Assembly: GCA_016789445.1 (NCBI GenBank)
Contig: JAEUQT010000001.1
Span: forward strand, 259,603 to 323,602
Direction: 5' to 3'
From: a bacterium
GTDB taxonomy: Bacteria > Patescibacteriota > Minisyncoccia > Phycocordibacterales > UBA2100
DNA: 64,000 nt
Shown: positions 37,820 through 47,488 of the stretch, in pieces
Layout: every line of letters starts with the position of its first letter
How positions within the stretch are numbered: the stretch's first letter is position 1
The notes under the pieces: generated by a model
Databases searched by the model: none
The model's input: only the letters and a program-made list of their open reading frames with translations
Told to the model about the DNA's origin: nothing
Translations under genes and position numbers: made by a program

Positions 37820-39769
37820 ATGGGACTTTTTGATTTCCTTACGAAAAAGAGCGACGAGCCGGCAGCGGTCTTACCGGTCTTGCCGGAAGAAATCTATCGC
37901 ACCGGCGTCCTTGGCCTGCAGGACGTCATCGCTCCGCACGCACTGAAGATCTCTCCGCGCGAACTCGATCTGGGGGAGAAGATCGCCCGCACCTTTTTCG
38001 TCATCTCGTACCCTCGCTTCCTCACGACCGGCTGGTTTGCGCCGATCATCAACATGGACAAGGTGATCGACGTCTCGATTTACGTCCATCCGATGGATAC
38101 GAACGACATGCTTCGTAAGTTCCAGAAGAAAGTCGCGGAGGTACAGAGCCAGATCAGCGCTCGCGAGGAGAAGGGGATGGTGCGTGATCCGGTGCTGGAC
38201 ACCGCCTATTCAGACCTCGAAAAGCTCCGCGACAGCCTTCAGCAGGCACAAGAGCGCATCTTCGAAGTCGGGCTCTATCTCACCATCTACGGGTCCACCC
38301 GTGAGGAGATCGATAAGACGGAGAGCGAGATCCGCAGCATCTTGGAGTCACGCCTCGTGTACATCCGCCCCGCACTCTTCCAGCAGGAACAGGGCTTCCG
38401 CTCGGTCATCCCGCTCGCGGGCGACGAGCTGGGCGTGCACACCAAGCTTAATTCCGCACCGCTTTCCTCGATCTTCCCGTTCATTTCCTTCGACCTTACG
38501 TCGGATAGGGGAATCCTCTATGGCATCAATCGTCACAACTCGTCCCTCATCCTCTTCGATCGGTTCTCGCTCGAAAACTACAACTCGGTGACCTTTGCGA
38601 AGTCCGGCTCCGGTAAGTCGTATACGACGAAGCTGGAGATCCTGCGAAGCCTCATGTTCGATACCGAAGTCATCGTCATCGACCCGGAACGAGAATACGA
38701 ATACCTTGCGGAAACCGTCGGCGGCCGCTACTTCAATATCTCACTCTCGTCTGAGCACCATATCAACCCGTTCGACCTTCCGATCCCACGCGAAGACGAA
38801 GCTCCGTCGGATGTGCTCCGTAACAACATCATTACGCTCGTGGGTCTTTTCCGCATCATGCTCGGCGGACTTACTCCGGAAGAGGACGCGATCATCGACA
38901 AGGCGATCACGGAGACCTACGCCCTCAAGGACATCACCGCCGATGCGAACTTCGCCTCGATCGAACCACCGCTTCTTTCTGACTTCGAGCTCGTCCTCAG
39001 CGGCATGGAGGGTTCGGAATCGCTCGTGCAACGACTCTCGAAATACACGAAGGGAACATGGTCGGGATTCATGAACCGCCCGACGAACGTGGACATGAAC
39101 AAGAAGCTTGTCGTCTTTTCCGTACGCGACATGGAAGACGATCTGAAGCCGGTCGCGATGTACATCATCACCCACCACATCTGGAATACCGTCCGCAAGG
39201 AACTCCGCAAAAGATTGCTCGTCATCGATGAAGCGTGGTGGATGATGAAATCCCAAGACACCGCCTCCTTCCTCTTCGGTATCGCAAAGCGCGGCCGTAA
39301 GTACTATCTCGGCCTCTCGACGATCACCCAGGACGTGAACGACTTCCTCACTTCGCCCTATGGAACGGCCATGATCACCAACTCGTCGATCCAGATCCTC
39401 CTGCGCCAGTCACCGACATCAGTCGATCTCGTCCAGCAGACCTTCAAACTCTCCGATGAAGAGAAGTATCTCCTCCTCGAGTCGGATGTGGGGGAAGGAA
39501 TCTTCTTCGCCGGTCTCAAACATGTCGCGATCAAGGTGATCGCCTCGTATACCGAGGACCAGATCATCACGTCAGACCCGTCCCAGATCCTTGCAATCAA
39601 GAAAGCGAAGCAGGAACTGGCTGCATCGAATGAAATCCCCGGTGGCCCTGCCGCACCGGCGGCCCGCGCAAGCGCCGCTGAAGCACTGAAGGCGATGGCT
39701 CTCAAGGAAGCGAGCGGCACTGCGCAACAGGCATCACAGGAACCGCTTCCACCGACCAGCGTCCAGTAG
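37820..39769 (+). CDS. VirB4/TrbE/PrgJ-type T4SS ATPase (main body)
   Basis: 649 aa with Walker A FAKSGSGKSYTT and Walker B LLVIDEAWWMM. The arrangement follows VirB4 family order. It starts 1 nt after the preceding stop (TGA-T-ATG), in a different frame. Confidence 0.75.
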   Translation: MGLFDFLTKKSDEPAAVLPVLPEEIYRTGVLGLQDVIAPHALKISPRELDLGEKIARTFFVISYPRFLTTGWFAPIINMDKVIDVSIYVHPMDTNDMLRKFQKKVAEVQSQISAREEKGMVRDPVLDTAYSDLEKLRDSLQQAQERIFEVGLYLTIYGSTREEIDKTESEIRSILESRLVYIRPALFQQEQGFRSVIPLAGDELGVHTKLNSAPLSSIFPFISFDLTSDRGILYGINRHNSSLILFDRFSLENYNSVTFAKSGSGKSYTTKLEILRSLMFDTEVIVIDPEREYEYLAETVGGRYFNISLSSEHHINPFDLPIPREDEAPSDVLRNNIITLVGLFRIMLGGLTPEEDAIIDKAITETYALKDITADANFASIEPPLLSDFELVLSGMEGSESLVQRLSKYTKGTWSGFMNRPTNVDMNKKLVVFSVRDMEDDLKPVAMYIITHHIWNTVRKELRKRLLVIDEAWWMMKSQDTASFLFGIAKRGRKYYLGLSTITQDVNDFLTSPYGTAMITNSSIQILLRQSPTSVDLVQQTFKLSDEEKYLLLESDVGEGIFFAGLKHVAIKVIASYTEDQIITSDPSQILAIKKAKQELAASNEIPGGPAAPAARASAAEALKAMALKEASGTAQQASQEPLPPTSVQ

Positions 39770-39770
39770 T

Positions 39771-40079
39771 GTGAAGTACATCGACCGACACACCGCCATT
39801 AAGATGATCGCGACGGCAGCGGCAGTCGACGCAGCGCAGGGTGCCCTCACCGCATCGTATGTGGGCATCCTTTTTGCACCACTCCTCAGCGCCGGCGCCG
39901 CCTATGGATTCTGGAAATGGTTTGCCCGCCACGAAGGAGAGAGCCCGGATCCACGTAAGAACCCCCGCCTCATGACCATCGCGCTTGAATTCATTCCCGG
40001 CCTCGACGCATTACCGCTCTGGACCATCACCATCATTCTTGCGGTCATCGCGCATAACCGCGCTTCTCGGGAGGTATAA
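39771..40079 (+). CDS. small two-TM membrane protein (102 aa)
   Basis: GTG start 1 nt after the VirB4 stop (TAG-T-GTG). Hydrophobic helices are visible. Confidence 0.45.
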   Translation: MKYIDRHTAIKMIATAAAVDAAQGALTASYVGILFAPLLSAGAAYGFWKWFARHEGESPDPRKNPRLMTIALEFIPGLDALPLWTITIILAVIAHNRASREV

Positions 40080-40087
40080 TATCCGGG

Positions 40088-41122
40088 ATGGTCTCTCTCC
40101 GGAGGAGCACATGGGGTCTTCTCGTACTTCTGATTGTCCCGTTTTTTACGCACGCACAACTTCTTACCGGACTCGAGCGACCGCTTGATGTCTCAATGAC
40201 TCCGCAATATCCCGCAGCAGGGGAAGAAGTGCGGCTGAGTGTCTCAAGCTACGGACTGGATCTCGATCGCAGCGCCATCATCTGGTACGCGGACGGGAAA
40301 GAGATCGCCCGGAATACCACAGAAACAAAGGTAACCGCCGGCAAATTGGGCTCTCTCATAAATATCACCGTCGTCGCAGAAGAAACGGATGGACTCATCG
40401 GCAGCGGTAGCGCTCGGATCCGCCCGACCGAAGTCGATCTTATATGGAGCTCGGATTCCTACGCGCCGCCGTATTTCAAAGGAAGGAAGCTCGCGGGAAG
40501 CAGCGCTCGGATCCGCGCGGAAGCACTGGTACGCTTCACGCGCGCCGATGGTACGATGATACCTTCAAACGAAATCATCTATACCTGGCATCGCGGCACG
40601 ACACGCATCCTGCAGGGAAGGGGCCGTTCAAGTGTGGAATTCGCCGGTCCTGCATTATTCAGCAGCGAGGAGGTCACGGTATCCGCACAATCTACTGACG
40701 GTGCGTATGTGGGCAGAGCATCGGTGCGCATCTCAGGGGTCGATCCGACGCTTGAGCTCTACGAGAACCATCCGCTTTTCGGCGTCCTCTATCATCGCGC
40801 GCTTACCGGCAGCGTGGTTACCGCCGAGAAAGAGCAGCGCGTCACCGCAGTCCCGTATTTCGCGCACGTCAGTACCCCTGAAGAGAAAGCCCTTTCATAC
40901 TCGTGGTCCGTCGCCGGAGGACCGGTTCGACCAAATCCGGATGAACCGCAAAACCTCACCGTCACTTCCAATGGCTACGCCGGACCCGCACGCATCGAAC
41001 TTGATCTCACGAGCGCGAGCGATCTTTTCTTGAAAGCGCGAGGAAGCTGGGAATTGGTATTCAGCGAATCAGCATTGTTCTCGGGATCAGGAAGTGATGA
41101 TCCGTTTGCGCGACCCGAATAG
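40088..41122 (+). CDS. secreted hypothetical protein (344 aa)
   Basis: Signal peptide MVSLRRSTWGLLVLLIVPFFTHA. Composition suggests a beta-rich protein. Confidence 0.5.
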   Translation: MVSLRRSTWGLLVLLIVPFFTHAQLLTGLERPLDVSMTPQYPAAGEEVRLSVSSYGLDLDRSAIIWYADGKEIARNTTETKVTAGKLGSLINITVVAEETDGLIGSGSARIRPTEVDLIWSSDSYAPPYFKGRKLAGSSARIRAEALVRFTRADGTMIPSNEIIYTWHRGTTRILQGRGRSSVEFAGPALFSSEEVTVSAQSTDGAYVGRASVRISGVDPTLELYENHPLFGVLYHRALTGSVVTAEKEQRVTAVPYFAHVSTPEEKALSYSWSVAGGPVRPNPDEPQNLTVTSNGYAGPARIELDLTSASDLFLKARGSWELVFSESALFSGSGSDDPFARPE

Positions 41123-41124
41123 AT

Positions 41125-42366
41125 ATGAAAAAACACGAGACCACGTTCATGTATATCGGCTTTGCGGCCATCGGGCTTCTTCTCGTCGGCCTCGCAGGTT
41201 GGTACTTCTTTATCTCCCGTCAGACCGCAGATCTCGAGACCCTGAGAGAGTCCCGCGGTTTCGACATCGGCGTACCGTCATTCGGCGGCACTCGTGGTTC
41301 AACCGCAGAAAATATCGAGGGAGGTTTCGGACTCGCTCCGTCTTCTGAACAACCCTCTGCCCAAGAAGGGGAAGAACCTCGTGCGCCACGTTTCTGGCGC
41401 GTAAGCACCAGTCCTATTGCAGGCGCTGGTTTCGTAATGATCGATTCCGTTCCGGTGCTGCGCTACGTAGAACGCTCAACCGGACATGTATTTGATGTGA
41501 ATCCGATGACCGGCACGATCACCCGCAGAACCAATCGTCTGATTCCTAAAGTATACGAGGCGATCGTGGGGCCGCACGATGCCGTGATTCATCGTACGAT
41601 TACCGCAGACGGGGAACGCGAGACTTTCGTAGGACAACTCGCGACGACGACCGTCGACGGATTCACTCCGCTCACCGGCACCGATCTCGGACCTGATGTG
41701 CGCGACATCGGATTCACCAAATCCGGCATCGTCTTCCTCTCGGCAACTGAGAGCGGCGCCACGCAATTGATAGAAGCAGCGATCGATGGATCCAAGCCGG
41801 TCGAAAAACGACTATTATCCGCGGGTGATTTCAAGCTTGAGAGCCTCGTCGATGGCCGCACCATCCTCACTGAACGTCCGGCAAGCGGCATTCCGGGATA
41901 TGCGTATGAAGCAGGCACCACACTCATCCCGCTCGCCCGCGCAGTACCGGGACTTACGCTCGCAGCACGAGCAAGTTCAACGGCAGTCATCATAGGTGCG
42001 GATGACGGATCCAAGCTCTCCCTCGCGGTGCGCCCGACTCGGGACGCTTCACTCGTACCGCTCGATCTCGCGACCGTCGCCGATAAGTGTGTCTGGATGC
42101 CGGGAACCAGTCTCACCGCATACTGCGCCGTACCGCGCACGCTGCAACCGCTTGGATATCTCACCAACTGGCATCGCGGGACGATACACACCAGCGATTC
42201 GTGGCACCTTGTCGATGTCGGAGCAGGGAAGACGGAGAAATTCTTCGAGATCCGCGAGGATGATGCTATCGATGTGGAGCGCCCGATCACCGACGAAGGA
42301 GGGAATTACATCGCATTCATAAATGCCCGCGATAAATCGCTCTGGTTACTGCGTATAATTGAATAG
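41125..42366 (+). CDS. membrane-anchored hypothetical protein (413 aa)
   Basis: N-terminal TM FMYIGFAAIGLLLVGLAGWYFFI, then a large extracytoplasmic domain. Confidence 0.5.
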   Translation: MKKHETTFMYIGFAAIGLLLVGLAGWYFFISRQTADLETLRESRGFDIGVPSFGGTRGSTAENIEGGFGLAPSSEQPSAQEGEEPRAPRFWRVSTSPIAGAGFVMIDSVPVLRYVERSTGHVFDVNPMTGTITRRTNRLIPKVYEAIVGPHDAVIHRTITADGERETFVGQLATTTVDGFTPLTGTDLGPDVRDIGFTKSGIVFLSATESGATQLIEAAIDGSKPVEKRLLSAGDFKLESLVDGRTILTERPASGIPGYAYEAGTTLIPLARAVPGLTLAARASSTAVIIGADDGSKLSLAVRPTRDASLVPLDLATVADKCVWMPGTSLTAYCAVPRTLQPLGYLTNWHRGTIHTSDSWHLVDVGAGKTEKFFEIREDDAIDVERPITDEGGNYIAFINARDKSLWLLRIIE

Positions 42367-42368
42367 GT

Positions 42369-42722
42369 ATGCCTTGTCAGGAAACATCACCCGGGAATTC
42401 AGGTTGCGGGACCGTCGCAGAAAGCCGCACCGTATATATGTCGAACCTGTTCAATCCGAACAATACGGACCTGCAGGCATTCTTCAATATCCTCTTTACG
42501 GTCGCCATATCTATCGGTGCCATCCTTGCGGTTCTCCGGCTCGCATATGCAGGCGTCGTCTATATGACGACCGACCTCGTGACCAGCAAGCAGAATGCGC
42601 GTCAGATGATCGCCGATGTCGTCTTGGGACTCATCGTCCTCTTGGCGATCTGGGTTATCCTCTTCCAGATCAATCCCGACCTTCTTAACCTCGATATCCT
42701 CCGCAGCGTACGGACTTCGTAG
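42369..42722 (+). CDS. candidate T4SS pilin (VirB2/TrbC-like small hydrophobic protein)
   Basis: A charged leader is followed by two hydrophobic helices (FFNILFTVAISIGAILAVLRLAYAGVVYM ... VVLGLIVLLAIWVILFQI). Size and topology are typical of a VirB2 propilin. Alternative start ATG 42438. Confidence 0.45.
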   Translation: MPCQETSPGNSGCGTVAESRTVYMSNLFNPNNTDLQAFFNILFTVAISIGAILAVLRLAYAGVVYMTTDLVTSKQNARQMIADVVLGLIVLLAIWVILFQINPDLLNLDILRSVRTS

Positions 42723-42725
42723 AAT

Positions 42726-43190
42726 CTAGGCGGCCGGAGCGTAGCGGATAACGACACGTCGGTTGCGTCCTTCTCCTTGGGATTCGGTCTTTACGTTCGG
42801 CGCGTCCTGAAGCGTCGTGTGCACGATGAGCCGCTCGTAGGCACTCATGGGATTCAATTCAACATCATATTGAAACGAGCGAGCGCGCTCCGCCATCATA
42901 AGGGCCTTCGCTTGAAGATCACGGATCTGTCGGGAGCGATACTCATTCACATCGACGAGGAACATCGGTTCTTCGCCACTCTCGGTTTTCGAGTGACGCT
43001 GTTCAACGATCTTCTTGAGAAGGAGATCGATGGCATGCACCGTATCCCCATGCGCACCGATCAGAGCTTTCGGATCCTGCACGCTGATGTTGTAGACGAT
43101 CTGTCCTGCAACATCGATGCGAGAGACGCTGTCATAGGCGACGCCAGTCGCATCAAGGAGTTCAGTGAGCGTCTTCTCAACGTCTTCCAT
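42726..43190 (-). CDS. jag: Jag/R3H-domain RNA-binding protein (SpoIIIJ-associated)
   Basis: 154 aa with KH-like and R3H regions. Conserved position next to yidC. Confidence 0.75.
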   Translation of the reverse strand: MEDVEKTLTELLDATGVAYDSVSRIDVAGQIVYNISVQDPKALIGAHGDTVHAIDLLLKKIVEQRHSKTESGEEPMFLVDVNEYRSRQIRDLQAKALMMAERARSFQYDVELNPMSAYERLIVHTTLQDAPNVKTESQGEGRNRRVVIRYAPAA

Positions 43191-43254
43191 AGGAAAGACT
43201 GTATCACTATCGCGGGAGCGCGGCTAGTTTCCTTCAAAACGGCTTTATTGCTTA

Positions 43255-44013
43255 CTATTTCGCTGTTTCGGAAGCCGTTTCCTTCGCAGGTTCGCGGAAC
43301 CGGCGACCCATCACGAACTCCTGGGCGATCATGAAGACGTTGCTCGTAGTCCAGTAGAGCGGGAGCGCCGCCGCAAGTGTCGATGAGATGCCGGCAAAAA
43401 GAAGAGGAAGGACATAACGTGCCTGCAGATCGAAACTGTGGGCCATGTCCGACGAGAACGTCGGGTTCTCCTCCTTTACACGTGGCTTACGCTTGCCCAT
43501 GGAAAGACGGGTATAGAGATACTGGGTGAGGCCCGTAAGCGCCGCCAAGAAGAAACTGCGCTCAGACATGTCGAACATGCCCAGGAACTCCATGTTCACA
43601 CGCTCCGGCGCAGGAACGAAGGCATAGAGCGTATCCGCATTGATGGCAGGGAAACCGCCTTTCCAGAAGACCCAGTAGAGACCGAACAGGATCGGGAGCT
43701 GGAGGAAAATAAGGAAGAACGTCGCAAACGGACGGATGTTACGTTCGCGATAGAGCGCGAAGATGGCACGAGCCTGCTCTTCAGGCTTGTCTTTGAATTT
43801 CTCCTTGAGTCGTTCTACCTCGGGAGCAATCTCGCGCATCAGGGCCTGGGTACGGATTGCCTGTCGAGAGAGGGGGAGGAGGATCAATTTGACGAAAATA
43901 GTAAGAATGACGACCGCGATGCCGATGTCGTGCGCCGGCACGATATCCACCAGAAACACGAGTCCGTTATAGAGCGGCTCGTAGATGAAATTGAAGAAAG
44001 CAGCTTTGAACAT
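43255..44013 (-). CDS. yidC: membrane protein insertase YidC (short Gram-positive/CPR type)
   Basis: 252 aa with multiple TMs. The conserved YidC/Oxa1 core region is present. Confidence 0.85.
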   Translation of the reverse strand: MFKAAFFNFIYEPLYNGLVFLVDIVPAHDIGIAVVILTIFVKLILLPLSRQAIRTQALMREIAPEVERLKEKFKDKPEEQARAIFALYRERNIRPFATFFLIFLQLPILFGLYWVFWKGGFPAINADTLYAFVPAPERVNMEFLGMFDMSERSFFLAALTGLTQYLYTRLSMGKRKPRVKEENPTFSSDMAHSFDLQARYVLPLLFAGISSTLAAALPLYWTTSNVFMIAQEFVMGRRFREPAKETASETAK

Positions 44014-44038
44014 TGTGGCATTCTACCCCAGGCTGGCC

Positions 44039-44377
44039 TCAATCGATACTATTGCCGCTCTTACGTGCCAGAGCGAAGATTTCACTCCGGATCCGAGCTG
44101 CGTCAGCCTCAGTTGCCGGCTTTTTTGCATAGAAAACAAGAGCTACCCCGGGAGAGAGGCGAGGGAGTGCCCGCTGCACAGCAGCTCGCGCACGTCGCTT
44201 GATGAGATTGCGCGTATTCGCTCGGGGAGCGATCTTGGCCGAGACCACGCAGGCAAATCCAGGACTACTCCTGTCCGGCAAGGTACCGAACGACAGCGAG
44301 AAAAGGGTGCCATGCACCCTTTTGAAGCCCCGCATCCGCGTGAAATCGGCTCGGGAAAGTCGATAGTGTGCCGGCAT
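44039..44377 (-). CDS. rnpA: ribonuclease P protein component
   Basis: 112 aa, basic protein. Start overlaps the rpmH stop (TAATG). Confidence 0.85.
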   Translation of the reverse strand: MPAHYRLSRADFTRMRGFKRVHGTLFSLSFGTLPDRSSPGFACVVSAKIAPRANTRNLIKRRARAAVQRALPRLSPGVALVFYAKKPATEADAARIRSEIFALARKSGNSID

Positions 44378-44511
44378 TAGAGTGCCAAGCGGGCGCGACC
44401 CTTACGCATACGGCGCTGGATGACGCGCTTACCCGTCTTGGTCTTGAGGCGTGCACGGAAACCGTGCGTGCGGACACGCTTGATCTTCTTCGGCTGGTAG
44501 TTTCGCTTCAT
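44377..44511 (-). CDS. rpmH: 50S ribosomal protein L34
   Basis: Translates to [44 protein letters not shown], almost the universal L34 sequence. Missed by the ORF track because it is under 60 aa. Confidence 0.95.
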   Translation of the reverse strand: MKRNYQPKKIKRVRTHGFRARLKTKTGKRVIQRRMRKGRARLAL

Positions 44512-44700
44512 GGCGGAAAAATAGCACGTATTTCCTTGCCTTTCAAGCGGCAAAGTGGGGGAGAAGTGAGTTATCCACAGGTTATAAACATGTGGATGAA
44601 TACCCCCTACCGCTTCCCGACAGACACCGAGAGCGTATAATGCTTCTATATATGCGTGCGTGCGTCTCGATAGAGGGAGGTTGTTTGGATATCCACACCT
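44512..44700. other. oriC part 1 (rpmH-dnaA intergenic) with DnaA boxes and the dnaA promoter
   Basis: TTATCCACA at 44571-44579 (perfect), TGTGGATGA at 44591-44599 (reverse orientation), aTATCCACA at 44689-44697, and a TATAAT element near 44634. Confidence 0.7.
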
Positions 44701-46050
44701 ATGATGACTAATCGAGAATTGTGGCAGAACGCCCTCGTCCAGATAGAGCTTGGCACCTCCGAAGCCTCATTCCGTACCTGGTTCCGTAATACGGACATCG
44801 TCTCGAGAGACGCCAATATCGTCCAGATCGCCGTTCCCTCCAAGATCGTCAAAGAGTGGCTCATGGATAAGCACCATAAGCTCATCTTAGGGACCCTTCG
44901 CTCGCTCGATAACACCATCCGCTCCGTCGAATACGTAGTCCATCGCTCAGCAGGGGAGCCTCGCCGCCAAGAGAAGCCACAACCACAACAGCAGAATGCT
45001 GCCTTAGATCTGGGAACCCTCTACATCGACAAGCGGGATAACCTCAACCCGCGATATACCTTCGATACGTTTGTCGTCGGCCCCTTCAATCAGCTCGCGC
45101 ACGCGGCGGCAAAGGCGGTTATCGAGCGCCCGGGCCTCGCGTATAACCCGTTCTTCGTCTACGGCTCAAGCGGCCACGGCAAGACTCACCTCATCCAGGC
45201 GATCGGGAACCATTTCAAGAAGATGCACACCAACAAGAAGGTCTTCTACGTCTCTTCGGAACGTTTCGCGGTGGACTTCATCAATGCGGTCTCTCGTGGT
45301 CGCGCAAATGAGTTCAAGGATCAATACCGTCAATATGACGTCCTCATCATGGATGACGTGCAATTCATGGCGGAGAAGGAGCGCACCCAGGAAGAGCTCT
45401 TCCACCTCTTCAATGCGATGCACGACAATAACAAGCAGATCATCTTCTCGTCTGATAAGCACCCTATGCTGCTCCCGGGCTTCGAAGATCGAATCCGCGG
45501 CCGCCTCTCGGCAGGTGTCATCATGGAAATTCCTGAACCGGATGTGGAAAGTCGTACCGCGATCATCAAAGCGAAAGTCGAACAGCTCGGCTTCAGCCTT
45601 GCCGATGACATCGTAGGCCACATCGCCGAGAGCGTTCGTGGCAATATCCGCGAACTCGAGGGTATCCTCAACATGATCGTCTGCAAGTCCCAGCTTAAAG
45701 GGAAGGCGATTTCGCTTCCGGATGTCCGTGCACTCATCAAGCACAATGTCCGACCGAACAAGGGAGTCTCCGTCGAAGAGGTGGTGCGTCGCATTGCCCA
45801 GTACTACGAAGTCGCCGAGAAAAGCATCTACGAAAAGACTCGGAAGAAGGAAGTGGTCAAACCACGCCAGATCATCATGTACGTCTTGCGGGAAGAGTTC
45901 AGCGTGTCGTATCCTTCGATAGGGGAGAAACTGGGTGGCCGCGACCACACGACGGTCATCCACTCGTGCGAAAAGATCAAAGAAGAGATCAAGCGGAACA
46001 ACTCGCTTGAACAGGAGCTCGAGCATATCCGCACGCTTGTCCACGCCTAG
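44701..46050 (+). CDS. dnaA: chromosomal replication initiator protein DnaA
   Basis: 449 aa. AAA+ motifs [10 protein letters not shown] and DDVQF, and a C-terminal DNA-binding domain. Confidence 0.95.
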   Translation: MMTNRELWQNALVQIELGTSEASFRTWFRNTDIVSRDANIVQIAVPSKIVKEWLMDKHHKLILGTLRSLDNTIRSVEYVVHRSAGEPRRQEKPQPQQQNAALDLGTLYIDKRDNLNPRYTFDTFVVGPFNQLAHAAAKAVIERPGLAYNPFFVYGSSGHGKTHLIQAIGNHFKKMHTNKKVFYVSSERFAVDFINAVSRGRANEFKDQYRQYDVLIMDDVQFMAEKERTQEELFHLFNAMHDNNKQIIFSSDKHPMLLPGFEDRIRGRLSAGVIMEIPEPDVESRTAIIKAKVEQLGFSLADDIVGHIAESVRGNIRELEGILNMIVCKSQLKGKAISLPDVRALIKHNVRPNKGVSVEEVVRRIAQYYEVAEKSIYEKTRKKEVVKPRQIIMYVLREEFSVSYPSIGEKLGGRDHTTVIHSCEKIKEEIKRNNSLEQELEHIRTLVHA

Positions 46051-46385
46051 CAGTATGAACTCCACCGACCTTCAGCAGGCTCACCATTCCAGGGCCGCTG
46101 AGGTGGAAGACATGGCGCATACCGGTGTGGGTAACCTGTGGACAGGTGAAGGATCGGTAATGGGGATAAGCGATGCGCGAAAGAAGGACAGACGCGGGGA
46201 TATCGTTATTACAGACTTTTCCGCAGTAATCCCCACCGCCTATCCCGGGCAATCGACAGGGTATTCCACAGGAGGTATGTACGAAAAAACGGCACGAGAT
46301 ATGGATATTTCAGGCTTATCCACCTATCCACGCTGCTAATAGTAATAATAAGTATTTATTTAGAAAGAATTATAAAAATACCCGT
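46051..46385. other. oriC part 2 (dnaA-dnaN intergenic) with DnaA boxes and an AT-rich DNA-unwinding element
   Basis: TTATCCACC at 46316-46324, TATCCACGC at 46325-46333 and tATTCCACA at 46262-46270. A 44-bp AT-rich run (taatagtaataataagtatttatttagaaagaattataaaaata) lies at 46337-46380. Confidence 0.65.
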
Positions 46386-47486
46386 ATGCAATTCACGACA
46401 CCGAAAGAAAGGATCCTGAATGCCGTGTTGGTTGCGGAGAGGATCGTGGGGAAGAAAGAATCTCTCCCGGTTCTTTCCTGCATCCTTCTCGATGTCGGAC
46501 GTGATCTTGCGATGCGCTCCACAAACCTTGAGGCGGGTGTCGACATCCAGGTTCCGGGTGAGGTAGTGGAAACAGGGACTATCGCCGTACCTGCGGCGAT
46601 CCTTTCGCAAACCCTGCGAGCCGTTTCGGGGGATAAGGTGACGCTGAAGGCAGAGGGTGGAAATCTGCTCATCGAGTCGCGTGGTTCCAAGACCCTCATA
46701 AAAGCAGTGCCGCATGACGAGTTTCCTGCTATTCCTGCGACCAAGGAGACGACCCGTAGTCTTTCACTCTCTCGAGAGACCTTGGTGCAGGCACTGCATT
46801 CTGTTGCCTACGCCGCATCGACTTCCATGATCCGTCCGGAATTAGGAAGCGTGTATCTGAAGGTGGAAGAAGGGAAGCTCACTGCGGTTGCAACCGATTC
46901 GTTCAGATTGGCCGAAAAAACGGTCTCAGACGCATCAGGAAAAGGAAATGACGAAGTCCTCATTCCGCTCAAGCACGTGCAGGAGATCGTACATTTGCTC
47001 GAAAAAACGGCATCCGAAGAAGTTTCTCTATCCATCGATGATTCACAACTGCTTCTTGTAGCTGATTCGATCCGTTTCGTCTCGCGTGTAGTGGATGGGA
47101 ATTTCCCGAACTATAAGGAGATCATTCCCAAAAGCTTCGCGACCGAAGCGACGATCCTTAAGAGTGATTTTACCGAAGCCCTTCGCAAGGCCCGTGTGTT
47201 TTCTGGTGCCGACCAGCATGTCGGTTTCCATGTATATCCGAAGAAAAAGGTGTTCGATATCACTGCGCAGAGTGCAGCCATTGGTGAGATGTCGGATTCG
47301 TTGGAGGCAGCGACCTCAGGGGATGATATCGACGTCAATTTCCATATCGGCTACATCGCTGATTGTCTTCAGTCGATCCAATCCGATTCGATCGTGCTGG
47401 GGTTTGCCGGCCCGGGGAAGCCGGTCGTCGTGAAGGGGGTGTCTGACGCGTCATTCACGTATCTCGCGATGCCCCTCAATCGGTAG
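46386..47486 (+). CDS. dnaN: DNA polymerase III beta sliding clamp
   Basis: 366 aa with the three-domain beta-clamp pattern. Conserved position after dnaA. Confidence 0.9.
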   Translation: MQFTTPKERILNAVLVAERIVGKKESLPVLSCILLDVGRDLAMRSTNLEAGVDIQVPGEVVETGTIAVPAAILSQTLRAVSGDKVTLKAEGGNLLIESRGSKTLIKAVPHDEFPAIPATKETTRSLSLSRETLVQALHSVAYAASTSMIRPELGSVYLKVEEGKLTAVATDSFRLAEKTVSDASGKGNDEVLIPLKHVQEIVHLLEKTASEEVSLSIDDSQLLLVADSIRFVSRVVDGNFPNYKEIIPKSFATEATILKSDFTEALRKARVFSGADQHVGFHVYPKKKVFDITAQSAAIGEMSDSLEAATSGDDIDVNFHIGYIADCLQSIQSDSIVLGFAGPGKPVVVKGVSDASFTYLAMPLNR

Positions 47487-47488
47487 TT

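Noticed and set aside
45935-46339. 134-aa ORF in the dnaA-dnaN spacer
   Set aside because: It overlaps the DnaA-box/AT-rich oriC element and the end of dnaA, and has no RBS. The spacer is better explained as origin DNA.
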